A stretch of DNA of 64,000 bases, taken from Candidatus Zixiibacteriota bacterium (GTDB lineage: Bacteria; Zixibacteria; MSB-5A5; GN15; JAAZOE01). This document shows positions 1 to 10,058 of the stretch, piece after piece. Within the stretch, counting starts at the first letter, position 1. Each line of letters opens with the position of its first letter. A program made the position numbers and the translations under genes. The notes under the pieces were generated by a model, which did not search any database, was not told where the DNA came from, and saw only the letters and a list, made by a program, of their open reading frames with translations. Where the stretch lies: the NCBI GenBank assembly GCA_043819555.1, contig JBDREQ010000003.1, positions 122,973 to 186,972 of the forward strand. Reading direction: 5' to 3'.

Positions 1-1
1 C

Positions 2-436
2 TCCAAGTATCTTCATTGGAGGTTATTTGATAATCCTTATGTGAAAAGCGTAGTAAAAGCCATTTATAATAAAGATAAATTGCTTGGCTGGGTAGCATAT
101 ACTATGGCCGACGATGGTATGGGTTATCTGGTGGACCTAATGGTCGCCGACGATGATGCTGAGTTTTCACTCATAGACCAAATCAGGGCTTTATTGCTCG
201 AAGCCATTATTGGCACCCGAAATATGGGAGCTACCGGAATACGCGGATGGCACGTCAATAATCATCCGTTTGATAACCTCACTTGCAAAATCGCGAAAAG
301 TGTCGGGTTTTATCATTTCAAACGCGGACATGCCGTAGTAATATATAATTGCGAGGCCGGAAAAAAGCGAGTTTCATTCGATAAATTCGACGACTGGTTT
401 ATCAGCAGGATTTACACCGAAGGAGTAATCGGGTAG
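2..436 (+). CDS. GNAT-like acetyltransferase, C-terminal part (5' end outside window)
   Basis: Frame is open from base 2 (SKYLHWRLFDNPY...). YLxWR..NP is typical of GNAT-like proteins in polysaccharide loci. Confidence 0.6.
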   Translation, partial: SKYLHWRLFDNPYVKSVVKAIYNKDKLLGWVAYTMADDGMGYLVDLMVADDDAEFSLIDQIRALLLEAIIGTRNMGATGIRGWHVNNHPFDNLTCKIAKSVGFYHFKRGHAVVIYNCEAGKKRVSFDKFDDWFISRIYTEGVIG

Positions 437-1842
437 TGATCTTGCCGGAAGTCGCCTATATTCAAAATCAAATATCCAACCATATTTCACTATTTTTCAA
501 TCTAAAAGGAAAAAACTTGTTTGAAAGTGGCTATATCCGCTTTCTCCCTTATGAAAAAGCAATAACTACCCAGGACAAAGTAATCGCAATTCCATATGAC
601 ATTGAGGTCCCCCAGCATCAGGAAAAACCATATACTGTAAAATTCAACAACACAAAACTTACTCTTTGGAATGGAATCAGTAATCCTTCTGAGAATACTT
701 GGGAAGCGATTCCCGGTGACTCAGCTCCATTGTGGTATCGAAATCAGCATGGTACTCTGATTCCGGCGTGGAATTTGTACGGCAATTTATTTCATCTTCT
801 GACGTTTGCCGAAGAAAAAGGCTCAACTTCAACAGATTCACACGGAAGATTTGCGGCCGCGTTCAGCCCGAGATTAAATTATAACCTGCTGGAAGTACCG
901 GCATTTAATGAAGCAGTTGCCGCCATTGTAGCTGCGTACGCCGGACTATGCGAGAATGGTTATCCTTTTCTCAATTTGAATAACATTTTAAAACCCCCGG
1001 TTATCGTTTTATCACACGATTGCGATATACTGAGAGGTAATGATATCTGGACTCAGACTGTGCGAGGGGTTCGAATATTTCTGCCATTAATCAGGTTTAG
1101 GCTGCCTGCGATTAACAATATATGGTGGATTATTAGAAACGCCTTTACGCCTCGCAGATACTATTTCGATAATGCAGCCGGCATGGTCGATCTGGAAAGA
1201 TGCTTTGGATTCAGTTCGACTTTTTATCTTATTAATGGTAAGGGTGGAAGATTTGGCGCTCGAAGCGGGTTTAGGATTATCCCGGAATTATTAAATCACA
1301 TCCCTCCGGGATGTGATACCGGGATGCATTACAATTATGATACTTTTCTAAACGATAAGAAATTCCGGGCTCAACTCGAACAACTCACCAGTATTGAAGA
1401 TTTAAAAATAGTAAACGGCAGAGCACACTATCTTAAATTCGATCCTGAAAAATCATTTACTTTTATAGCCAAATATGGAATTTATTTGGACGAATCTTCC
1501 GGCTATGCCGATCGAACCGGATATCGTAACGGTATTGCCGGGTGCTTTCAAGTTTACGATACGATTCAAAAAAGGCCCTTGGATATCTGGGAATTACCCA
1601 TGACAATTATGGATTCTATGTTTGTCGGGCAATATTGCAGTCAATCAATCAACAAATTCAATCAGCTATTATATCATCTGAGCTGTGTTGGAGGAGCCTT
1701 AAGTATTAATTTTCATCCGGGTCAATTTTTCAATCCAGAATATAAACAGTTGATTGGCATATATCACAAAATGCTAATTGAAAGCCGGATATTAGGGGCA
1801 GTATCTATGACCGCTCGTTCACTTATGGACCAAATTCGTTAA
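436..1842 (+). CDS. Polysaccharide deacetylase-family protein
   Basis: SHDCD, STFY, GMH, RAHYL, YRNG, ELPMTIMD and FHP motifs of CE4-like deacetylases. Confidence 0.75.
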   Translation: MILPEVAYIQNQISNHISLFFNLKGKNLFESGYIRFLPYEKAITTQDKVIAIPYDIEVPQHQEKPYTVKFNNTKLTLWNGISNPSENTWEAIPGDSAPLWYRNQHGTLIPAWNLYGNLFHLLTFAEEKGSTSTDSHGRFAAAFSPRLNYNLLEVPAFNEAVAAIVAAYAGLCENGYPFLNLNNILKPPVIVLSHDCDILRGNDIWTQTVRGVRIFLPLIRFRLPAINNIWWIIRNAFTPRRYYFDNAAGMVDLERCFGFSSTFYLINGKGGRFGARSGFRIIPELLNHIPPGCDTGMHYNYDTFLNDKKFRAQLEQLTSIEDLKIVNGRAHYLKFDPEKSFTFIAKYGIYLDESSGYADRTGYRNGIAGCFQVYDTIQKRPLDIWELPMTIMDSMFVGQYCSQSINKFNQLLYHLSCVGGALSINFHPGQFFNPEYKQLIGIYHKMLIESRILGAVSMTARSLMDQIR

Positions 1843-1883
1843 CGAAGAATGACAGGTGCCATTCATGCTTACCGCAGAAATCG

Positions 1884-2819
1884 CTAAACATATCTCATTC
1901 GCCTGTCTTTGCGGCGGATTAGTTCGTTGGCATATTCCTGGCCCAGCCATGATGCATTGTATTTGACCCATTCAGAAAACTTGGTTGGTCCGGTCGGTTC
2001 TGATTCAACAAATAACAGATTGCTCATCAAACCGTCGACTTCCGCGCGAGTGATAATGACGTCGTTTTTAAATTTGCTAATAAGTTGGCCCGTAAAACAT
2101 GCCACAGCAGGAGGGATAGATAAAATTGGTTTATCAACACCTATAGCACTGGCAATGACTTTAACCAACTCTCGATATGTGAAAGTCTCGGGTCCGAGAC
2201 AATCAATAATCACATTCTCTCGACTTCCGCCCGATTCGACCGCGATTTTGGCCAGATCGTCGACGAAAATGGGCTGCAATTTATATTCGCCATCGCCAAA
2301 AATGCCAAAGACCGGGAATTTCCTAAGGAGCCAGGCAATGTTGTTTGTTAATATATCCTCTCTGCCAAAAATCAAAGTTGGTCTCAAAATGGCGTACGAT
2401 ATTCCCGTATCTATCAGAGCTTTTTCCAGAACCGCCTTGCCTCTGAAATATTCAAGACGCGAATCCTCAGAAGGATTGGTGACACTGACATGAACGATCC
2501 GCTCAACCCCGGCCGCTTTAGCCGCCTCGAACAATTTTATGGTATTCTCAACCGCATCTGCATGTTTAAACAACTTGTGATTGAATCTCACCCAGTAAGT
2601 ATTATACAGGACCGACACAGCCTCAAGAGAGTTTGTCAAATCCTCTGGATGGTTAAAACCTAAGGGATAAGCCCGGATTTTTCCTCCAAAAGAATTATCC
2701 CTTTCAGGAGAATTAGTCAATGTAATGACTTCGCATCCTATGTTTAGGAGATGCCGAGCAATATATTTTCCCGTATATCCAAAAGCCCCTGTAACTGCGT
2801 GTATTTTTCCCTCATTCAT
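1884..2819 (-). CDS. NAD(P)-dependent epimerase / atypical SDR (NDUFA9-like)
   Basis: VTGAFGYTG Rossmann motif, YFRGK, ILRPTLIFG, QPIFVDD. Confidence 0.85.
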   Translation of the reverse strand: MNEGKIHAVTGAFGYTGKYIARHLLNIGCEVITLTNSPERDNSFGGKIRAYPLGFNHPEDLTNSLEAVSVLYNTYWVRFNHKLFKHADAVENTIKLFEAAKAAGVERIVHVSVTNPSEDSRLEYFRGKAVLEKALIDTGISYAILRPTLIFGREDILTNNIAWLLRKFPVFGIFGDGEYKLQPIFVDDLAKIAVESGGSRENVIIDCLGPETFTYRELVKVIASAIGVDKPILSIPPAVACFTGQLISKFKNDVIITRAEVDGLMSNLLFVESEPTGPTKFSEWVKYNASWLGQEYANELIRRKDRRMRYV

Positions 2820-2831
2820 TTTGTATCCGGC

Positions 2832-3314
2832 TTATTCAAACCTGTTATCGGCCTTATTATCATCTTGCCTGTCAGCTTTATCAGACAACCAGCCGGTGCG
2901 CACGTCAGTTTCTTCATCGAAAGATGGAGTATATGGCTTAATATCTAATAGGGGTGTGCCGTCAAGCATGTCGATATTTTCTATATGCAACATATTCCCC
3001 TCGATTTTAACAAGTTTCACAACCGACAAACCAATCGCATTGGGTCTCCGGGGTGCGCGAGTGGCAAACAGCCCCCGCTCTACATCATCCAAATACGGAA
3101 TGACTTTTAATTTGTATCCGGTTGACCGATGCAAATGATACAGCAGAATTATGTGCGAAAATTTATCAAGATCGGCCAATCCTTCGATATAGTTTTTAAA
3201 TATTTCAATCGTCCCCTTGACGTCTTTGCCCTTACCCGGTTGAATCGGAGTTCCTTTTTGTTCTATAAAAGGTGTATGAATAATTCCAATTGGTTCGAAT
3301 TCTATCTTATCCAT
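2832..3314 (-). CDS. tsaA: tRNA (N6-threonylcarbamoyladenosine37-N6)-methyltransferase TsaA/TrmO
   Basis: PIGIIHTPF, GLFATRAPRRPNAIGLS, DMLDGTPLLDIKPY. Confidence 0.9.
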   Translation of the reverse strand: MDKIEFEPIGIIHTPFIEQKGTPIQPGKGKDVKGTIEIFKNYIEGLADLDKFSHIILLYHLHRSTGYKLKVIPYLDDVERGLFATRAPRRPNAIGLSVVKLVKIEGNMLHIENIDMLDGTPLLDIKPYTPSFDEETDVRTGWLSDKADRQDDNKADNRFE

Positions 3315-3317
3315 ATT

Positions 3318-4028
3318 TTAATCATCCCCCTTCTCACCATAATATATAATTGCCGTTCCAAAAGTCTGCCGATGAGCCTGGACATTGATAAACCCGCATT
3401 CTTTCATCAATGCGCAAAATTCATCAGGCACGGGAAAAGACTCAACCGATTTATCAAGATATTTATACGCCTTATAATCGCCCGACAAAATCCCCCCGAT
3501 AACTGGCATGATTTTACGAAAATAAAATTTGAAAAGTTCCGCCATAATCTTGTTCCCGGGAATCGCCGGTTCAATTATAACCAGCCGTCCTCTCGGAACC
3601 AGCGCTCGGATAATCTCCTGCAAAGCATCTTTCTTCTCAATAATATTCCTGATACCAAACCCGATCGTTACGGCATGTACCGATTTGTCGGCGCAGGGTA
3701 ATATGAGGGCGTCGGCTTGACACAAAACAAGATTTCCCGAACCCGACAGATTCAATCTTTGCCCGGCAATACGAAGCATCTCTCCGGCAAAATCAATCCC
3801 GATGAGATTTATATTTTCTTGATAACTATCTCCCAGAATTTTCAAAAAATCGCCCGTGCCACAGCATAAATCCAGAGCCGTCTTACCCGACAAATCCCCC
3901 AAAAGCCTGACCGCCTTTCGCCTCCAGCGCATATCATTAAATCCTGAAAGCAATCGATTCAATAAATTATAACGGGGGCTAATCCGATTGAACATTGTTC
4001 TGATATTTTGTCCGTGACTGTCGGCCAT
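3318..4028 (-). CDS. menG: Demethylmenaquinone/ubiquinone methyltransferase MenG/UbiE
   Basis: MFNRISPRYNLLNRLLS, LDLCCGTGD, FGIRN, AYKYL..S. Start moved to MADSH (4028). Confidence 0.88.
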   Translation of the reverse strand: MADSHGQNIRTMFNRISPRYNLLNRLLSGFNDMRWRRKAVRLLGDLSGKTALDLCCGTGDFLKILGDSYQENINLIGIDFAGEMLRIAGQRLNLSGSGNLVLCQADALILPCADKSVHAVTIGFGIRNIIEKKDALQEIIRALVPRGRLVIIEPAIPGNKIMAELFKFYFRKIMPVIGGILSGDYKAYKYLDKSVESFPVPDEFCALMKECGFINVQAHRQTFGTAIIYYGEKGDD

Positions 4029-4180
4029 AGATTTGAAAGTAACAATTAGTTGCGGCGAGGGCAAGCTCTTCAAAATAATTTGAAAAAACGAAAAATAAAG
4101 ACAACCCTGAGTGTACAAATTTCGTCTAAAAAATACAAACATAAAAGATAGAGCGAGCTTGTTACCAAAGGAGGCGAAGT

Positions 4181-6730
4181 ATGCGGGTACGCAGGCAAGT
4201 TATAACGATTCTCGCTCTGTCAACCCTTCTTCTAATCGGCGCTGTATCAGCCGATGAAACCGAGAAAAAAGAAAGAACCATCCCGGAATTAAAAGCGTAT
4301 CGAATTAATCCCCATCCCCCAAAAATTGACGGCTTTCTTGATGATGAAGTTTGGAAATCAAAAGGCGTCGAGTTTGCGCGGGAATTCAAACAGCGCGTTC
4401 CTGAAGATGGCGCCGCGGCAACCGAATCGACTACTGTCGCCGTTGTCTATGATGATGATGCCATCTATTTCGCTTTCTGGAATTATGATTCGGAGCCGGA
4501 AAATATCGTCAGGCAAATGGTCCGCCGGGACAGGATCGGACAGGCCGATAATCTGGGCATCGTTATCGATCCCCACCACGATCATCAAACCGGTTATGAA
4601 TTTGTGGTCAGTTCTTCAAATACGCAGTTTGATCGAACTTATTTCAATGATTCCTGGAGCGATCAGTCGTGGAATGGTGTCTGGGAAAGTGAGGTGCAGA
4701 TACAGCCCTGGGGATGGTCGGCTGAGATAAAAATCCCATACCACTGTCTGCGCTTTGCAGAAAAAGATGTTCACACATGGGGTGTTAATTTCAATCGCTG
4801 GATCTATCGCAAGATGGAGGATGTTTATTGGTCGCACTGGCCACAGGGCGATAACGGCATTATTTCAAAAAACGGGCATTTGATCAACCTGGTGAATATT
4901 AAACCGGCCAGCCATTTTGAAATTATGCCGTTCACCGTGTCAAGCGCGGAATTATCGCCATCAACACCGGGTAATGACGGCAAAAGCACCTACGCCAATA
5001 CAGGAGTGGATATCAAATACGGATTGACCTCGAATCTGACTTTGGATGCGACAATTAATCCCGATTTCGGCCAGGTCGAACTCGATGCTCCGGTTCTTAA
5101 TTTATCTGCCTTTGAGACCTATTATCCCGAACGAAGGCCGTTTTTCATCGAAGGCTCAAGTATGTTCAGCACTCCGTTTGATCTGTTCTATTCCCGCCGC
5201 ATCGGTCGTACACCGCGAGGATACGCAAGCGATGATTCCTTACTCTATTCAACCGAGCGGCCAGATGCCACATCTATAATTGGAGCGGCTAAATTGACCG
5301 GAAAACTATCAGGAGGTACATCGCTGGCATTCCTGACTGCCCAGACAGCCGAAGAACAGGAAGAGATCGGTATCGGTTATAGCAGGATAATCGGATATGA
5401 TGATGACGGAAAACCAATAAGAGAATACATAGAGACTCGCCGCGAAAAACAAACTATCGAACCAACCGCCAATTATTCCGTCCTCAGATTGAAACAGGAT
5501 ATCTTGAATAATTCATATATCGGTTTGTTGGCGACTAATGCCAGCCAGAGTAAAAGAGATCCGGCCAACACCGGCGGCGTCGATTGGCGTCTGAGTACAA
5601 ATAACAACAATTGGGGCACCAACGGCCAGATGGTGTACAGCAAAATCGATGGACAGAAGACTGGTTTTGGATTTTGGGGTGAACTTGAGAAATTATCGGG
5701 TAAGCATTGGCGCGGCAGCGCTTATGTTATGATTATGGATCCCTATCTTAATCTCAATCATCTTGGGAGGAACAATACCAATGGCATAAGAGAAGGTGGC
5801 ATGTGGGTTCAATACCGTACTGATAATCCCTGGTGGATTATCCAGCGTACATGGAATAATTTCAATATGTATGCCGGCTCTACCTATGATGGTTATAATT
5901 ATGAAAAAGGCGGCAATGTCAATTTCAGCATTCAGTTTATCAATTATATGTCGCTAAACGGCGGGGTTGGCGTCCAGGCCGATGAATATGCTCCCTGGGA
6001 ACTGCGCGGAAACGGTATCTGGGAATGGCCCAACAATCCGACCTATAACTGGTGGGCCAGTTTTAACACCGATTCCCGCAAAAAACTTTCGTTTAATGTA
6101 AATCCCGGAAGCGGCACCGATCGCGAGGGCCACTGGTGGGCCAATTATATCGGTTTCAATTATAAGCCGGTTAGCAACTTCGATATATCCCTTGGTGCCA
6201 ATGTCAACCGCGACGTCGGAACGACACATTTTGTGAGCAATGTGCCTGAAGTTTTGGAGTCCGGCGAAGTAGTGATGACATCCGTATTCGGCAATCGCCA
6301 TCAGGACAGCTTTACACCCAGATTAACTTTCAATTTTGTCCCCAGTCCGAAACTGTCGGTTCAATTTTCGGCCCAGACACTGATATCATCGGTTTCACAT
6401 GATGATTTCAGATATTACAGAGGCGGAAAAGAATATCAATATCTTAAGAAAGTCGATGATCCAACTACAGATGAAGATAATGATGAAGTGGCCTTGTATA
6501 ATTCATTGAAAGCATCTTCGAATTACAATTACTCAGCAATCAACTCAACTTTGTTGCTGCGCTGGGAATATATGCCCGGCAGTACATTGTATCTGGTCTG
6601 GACCCGTTCGCGGCCGGAAATTGATCGAGATGTTAACAATCTTGTAGTTTCCCGCGATTTGAAACGGCTATTCTCCGGCGACGATGATAATCTCTTTCTC
6701 ATAAAGGCCTCATATTGGTGGAATATATAA
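4181..6730 (+). CDS. Secreted CBM9-like + DUF5916 outer-membrane protein
   Basis: Signal peptide, KIDGFLDD..W, GWSAEIKIP, NPDFGQVE, ERRPFF, LFYSRRIG, C-terminal SYWWNI. Confidence 0.85.
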   Translation: MRVRRQVITILALSTLLLIGAVSADETEKKERTIPELKAYRINPHPPKIDGFLDDEVWKSKGVEFAREFKQRVPEDGAAATESTTVAVVYDDDAIYFAFWNYDSEPENIVRQMVRRDRIGQADNLGIVIDPHHDHQTGYEFVVSSSNTQFDRTYFNDSWSDQSWNGVWESEVQIQPWGWSAEIKIPYHCLRFAEKDVHTWGVNFNRWIYRKMEDVYWSHWPQGDNGIISKNGHLINLVNIKPASHFEIMPFTVSSAELSPSTPGNDGKSTYANTGVDIKYGLTSNLTLDATINPDFGQVELDAPVLNLSAFETYYPERRPFFIEGSSMFSTPFDLFYSRRIGRTPRGYASDDSLLYSTERPDATSIIGAAKLTGKLSGGTSLAFLTAQTAEEQEEIGIGYSRIIGYDDDGKPIREYIETRREKQTIEPTANYSVLRLKQDILNNSYIGLLATNASQSKRDPANTGGVDWRLSTNNNNWGTNGQMVYSKIDGQKTGFGFWGELEKLSGKHWRGSAYVMIMDPYLNLNHLGRNNTNGIREGGMWVQYRTDNPWWIIQRTWNNFNMYAGSTYDGYNYEKGGNVNFSIQFINYMSLNGGVGVQADEYAPWELRGNGIWEWPNNPTYNWWASFNTDSRKKLSFNVNPGSGTDREGHWWANYIGFNYKPVSNFDISLGANVNRDVGTTHFVSNVPEVLESGEVVMTSVFGNRHQDSFTPRLTFNFVPSPKLSVQFSAQTLISSVSHDDFRYYRGGKEYQYLKKVDDPTTDEDNDEVALYNSLKASSNYNYSAINSTLLLRWEYMPGSTLYLVWTRSRPEIDRDVNNLVVSRDLKRLFSGDDDNLFLIKASYWWNI

Positions 6731-6755
6731 CACGCAACACCATGTTCGCTCCAAC

Positions 6756-6788
6756 AGACCCTCAAAGTTTTTACCCTGAGGGTTTTTT
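6756..6788 (+). terminator. Rho-independent terminator
   Basis: accctca...tgagggt hairpin followed by a T tract. Confidence 0.6.
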
Positions 6789-6818
6789 AATTTATGGAAA
6801 TTTGGAGGATATTTAAGA

Positions 6819-7676
6819 CTATTCTTTCCAACCCATTGGCTTTCGATGATAATCCTGAATCATTTGCCATGCTTCTTCCGCCGTCGAGGCATAGCGGAAT
6901 AAATCAAGATCATTGGCATCGATAGTGCCTTCATTGACAAGAAAATCAATATTAATCAATTGCGCCCAGAAATCTTTGCCAAATAAAATAATGGGTATAC
7001 GCCTGGTCTTATCAGTCTGGACCAATGTCAGAGCCTCAAATAATTCATCAAGAGTACCAAATCCGCCGGGAAAGGCGACGAGGGCTTTGGCCCGCATTAA
7101 AAAATGCATCTTTCTTACGGCGAAATATCGAAATTGAAAGCATAAATCGGGAGTTATATATTGATTGGGCCTTTGTTCCATTGGCAGGGTAATATTCAAA
7201 CCAATTGACTTGGCGCCGCAATCGTGGGCGCCCCGATTGGCGGCTTCCATAATGCCGGGTCCACCTCCGGTGACAATTACGAAATCGGCCCCATGAGAAT
7301 TCTGAGATTCGCGCGAGACCAGCTCGGCAAACCGGCGGGCTTCGTCATAAAAACCTGATTTGGCTTCGATGCGCCGGGCAATGGACAGTCTTTTTAGAAG
7401 TTTAGGATTTCGCGGTTTATCTTTGAGTTGTGCTTCAATTTCTTTAATTTTTTTACTGCATTCTTTGGGTTCGGCGATGCGTGTGCCGCCAAAGACGACA
7501 ATCGTTGAGCGAATATTATGTTCGAGAAGAGACAATTCAGTTTTGGCCATTTCCAATTGCAATCGTACCGGACGAAGTTCATCGAGCATTAAAAAATCGG
7601 AATCCTCAAATGCCAGACGATAGGAAGGTTCTGTTTCCCACCATTTATCTTTCCCGTTTTTCTTTTTACCTGTCAT
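6819..7676 (-). CDS. LOG-family (TIGR00730) nucleotide phosphoribohydrolase
   Basis: TGGGPGIMEAANRGA, F..RK, PGGFGTLDE. Confidence 0.9.
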   Translation of the reverse strand: MTGKKKNGKDKWWETEPSYRLAFEDSDFLMLDELRPVRLQLEMAKTELSLLEHNIRSTIVVFGGTRIAEPKECSKKIKEIEAQLKDKPRNPKLLKRLSIARRIEAKSGFYDEARRFAELVSRESQNSHGADFVIVTGGGPGIMEAANRGAHDCGAKSIGLNITLPMEQRPNQYITPDLCFQFRYFAVRKMHFLMRAKALVAFPGGFGTLDELFEALTLVQTDKTRRIPIILFGKDFWAQLINIDFLVNEGTIDANDLDLFRYASTAEEAWQMIQDYHRKPMGWKE

Positions 7677-7744
7677 AGTCGAGTTTTTTCCATAATTATT
7701 AAGAGTTTTCAGCCTAATAGATTTTTAATCCAAACCTTTTCTTA

Positions 7745-8518
7745 TTAATCGGTACTGGAGACCACTAAGTCAACCTCTTCGCCGGGCAAAAGTTCAGTGC
7801 CCGGATCCTCAGATTGTTCCAAAACCGTTTCCGGCAAATAGTTTTCATTGACAATCCTTGTAACTAATCCAATCGCCAACCCCTTTTCTTCAAGCCGCTG
7901 GGTGGCTTCATCAAGCGACAAACCTATTAAACGAGGCACGAACACAGTCCGCTGATACGGTCCCTGGTTGACCATTAAATTGACTTCGCTGCCATAGGGA
8001 ATTTTTTTTCCGAATGCCGGGAATGAAAATACGACGACCTTTTCGGGCAGAGAATCGGCGCTGGTCCATTCAATGTCACCCAGAACGAATCCTTCCGCCT
8101 CAAGATTTAATTTGGCCTGCCGCACCGAAAAACCTCTCAATTCAGGAACCTCGACGGCTTTCTGCCCCAGCGAAATGACTACTTTCACAATCCGTCCCGC
8201 TTTTACCAGAGTGCCTCCCGATGGAAATTGCGATAGTATCGTCCCGGTCGGTTTATCCGGATGATATTCTTCGGATGTAATTTGCAAAGATAAATCGGCT
8301 TCCATTAATATCGGTTCGGCTTCGACGACTGTCATACCCTCGATATTGGGAAGTGAAAACTCATTGCCGTGACGGGTAACGATTGGCATCACAAAAGAGT
8401 TTAGTATCAAGAACAAAATATAGAAAATTATCAGTGTCGCAATTACCCTCGTTGTTATTTTCCCCCACTTGCTATTTGTCCACGGAATTTTATTATCCAG
8501 ATATGATTTTATCGACAT
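7745..8518 (-). CDS. Membrane-anchored PASTA-domain protein (3 PASTA repeats)
   Basis: TM helix followed by LPNIEG, VPELRG and VPRLIG repeats. Confidence 0.88.
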   Translation of the reverse strand: MSIKSYLDNKIPWTNSKWGKITTRVIATLIIFYILFLILNSFVMPIVTRHGNEFSLPNIEGMTVVEAEPILMEADLSLQITSEEYHPDKPTGTILSQFPSGGTLVKAGRIVKVVISLGQKAVEVPELRGFSVRQAKLNLEAEGFVLGDIEWTSADSLPEKVVVFSFPAFGKKIPYGSEVNLMVNQGPYQRTVFVPRLIGLSLDEATQRLEEKGLAIGLVTRIVNENYLPETVLEQSEDPGTELLPGEEVDLVVSSTD

Positions 8519-8587
8519 AATGGAAAACGATGCCTCACCATTGATTTGCCATACTTATTATACCAATAAAGCATGTTAGGGATTTTT

Positions 8588-9958
8588 TTAATTCGCGCCA
8601 AGCCTTTTCTTAAGTCTGACACAAAAGGCGCCATCCAAGTTTTCAATGGCGGGATAAGTTTTTGTAAAACCTCGTTCATTGATCAATTCGGGGGGAATGA
8701 ATCGGCTGGGAACATCAACGGTAAAATCGCGCCGCTCCAGTAAAAATTCCTCGATGATAGAATCATTCTCATCACGAATTATTGTGCAGGTTGAGTAAAC
8801 CAGAATCCCTCCCGGAGCAACCATATCGGCGGCATGCCTGAGAAGGCGAGCCTGCAATTCGGCCAGTTTCAACGAATCGCCGCGATCCTTCATCCACCTC
8901 AGATCGCTATGTTTGCCCACGACTCCCCAGCCGCTGCAAGGTACATCGATTAGAACCCGGCTGCAGGCCGGTCCTTTGAAATCAAAGACATCACAGACAA
9001 CGGGAATTATATTGGTCACACCCAATTTTTTTGCATTAGCCAATAACGTTTCTAATCGATTGAAATTTATATCGACCGCGGTTATTCTACCGCGATTATT
9101 CATAAGAAGCGCGGCGTACGTCGCTTTCCCTCCCGGCGCGGCGCAAAAATCTATAATCTCATCATCCGGTTGAGGATTTAAAAGCCTTACGGGAAACCCG
9201 GCTGATTCATCCTGAACATAAACTCGGCCTTGTCCGATTAATTCCTTTTCCAGAGGAATCCCCTGCTGTTGAATATAGAAATAATCCTCGAGATAAGTTC
9301 CCCGGCTATAGTGAATATTATTTTTCTCGAAAAGCTCGATGAGATTTTCAGAGCTATAATTGAGACCATTGATTCGATAAGTCAGTTGTGGCGGTTGATT
9401 ACCTCGGCGCAAAACATTTTCTGCGTGCGTCATTCCAAATTCATTGATGCAATACTCGACAAACCAGTCGGGGTAACTATAATAATTGGCCAGATACTCA
9501 GCTGGAAATTCCCGCCGTTCGGGGAATATCACCTTTTCCGGTGAACGCAGGTAATTTCTTAAAATAGCATTAACAAATGAGCCCCGCGATTGATGAACCA
9601 ATCCCCGGGCGAGGTTTACCGATTCTGAGACCGCCGCTCCGGGGGGGATGCGATCGGTGTAAATCAATTGATACAATCCAAGTCGAAGAATGTTTCGGGA
9701 AACTCTATCAAGTCGAGCGTTAGGCCGTTGAAGGTAAAACGAATACGTAAAATCAAGCCGCCGTTTCATTTTTATTACGCCGTGACAAAGTTGTCTCAGA
9801 AAACGGCAATCAAGATCAGTAAAATCCGAACCTTCGACAACATGGTTAATAGCGTTATCGCTATGCCATCCTCTTTCGAAGACCAGCCCCAGTGCATGAA
9901 TACAGGCTGCCCTGACGGGATCATATTTTTTACCTCTTTTTTCTTGAGGATTAGTCAA
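8588..9958 (-). CDS. rsmB: 16S rRNA m5C967 methyltransferase RsmB
   Basis: NusB-like N-terminus (LRLGLYQL, AVSESV, FVNAILR), VQD, DFCAAPGGK, DVPCSG, YSTCT. Confidence 0.92.
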   Translation of the reverse strand: MTNPQEKRGKKYDPVRAACIHALGLVFERGWHSDNAINHVVEGSDFTDLDCRFLRQLCHGVIKMKRRLDFTYSFYLQRPNARLDRVSRNILRLGLYQLIYTDRIPPGAAVSESVNLARGLVHQSRGSFVNAILRNYLRSPEKVIFPERREFPAEYLANYYSYPDWFVEYCINEFGMTHAENVLRRGNQPPQLTYRINGLNYSSENLIELFEKNNIHYSRGTYLEDYFYIQQQGIPLEKELIGQGRVYVQDESAGFPVRLLNPQPDDEIIDFCAAPGGKATYAALLMNNRGRITAVDINFNRLETLLANAKKLGVTNIIPVVCDVFDFKGPACSRVLIDVPCSGWGVVGKHSDLRWMKDRGDSLKLAELQARLLRHAADMVAPGGILVYSTCTIIRDENDSIIEEFLLERRDFTVDVPSRFIPPELINERGFTKTYPAIENLDGAFCVRLKKRLGAN

Positions 9959-10058
9959 AATGTCTCCATTTTGTCCCGGCTTAAATGTCCGGAGTTGCTG
10001 CTTAAACTAAGGCGCTCATTAAAGTTATCGGCTTATTTCCTCGTTTGTTAACGCCAAA

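Noticed and set aside
1909..3720. Plus-strand ORFs opposite the epimerase, tsaA and menG genes (and similar shadow ORFs elsewhere)
   Set aside because: Antisense or alternate-frame shadows of well-supported genes, with no recognisable motifs.
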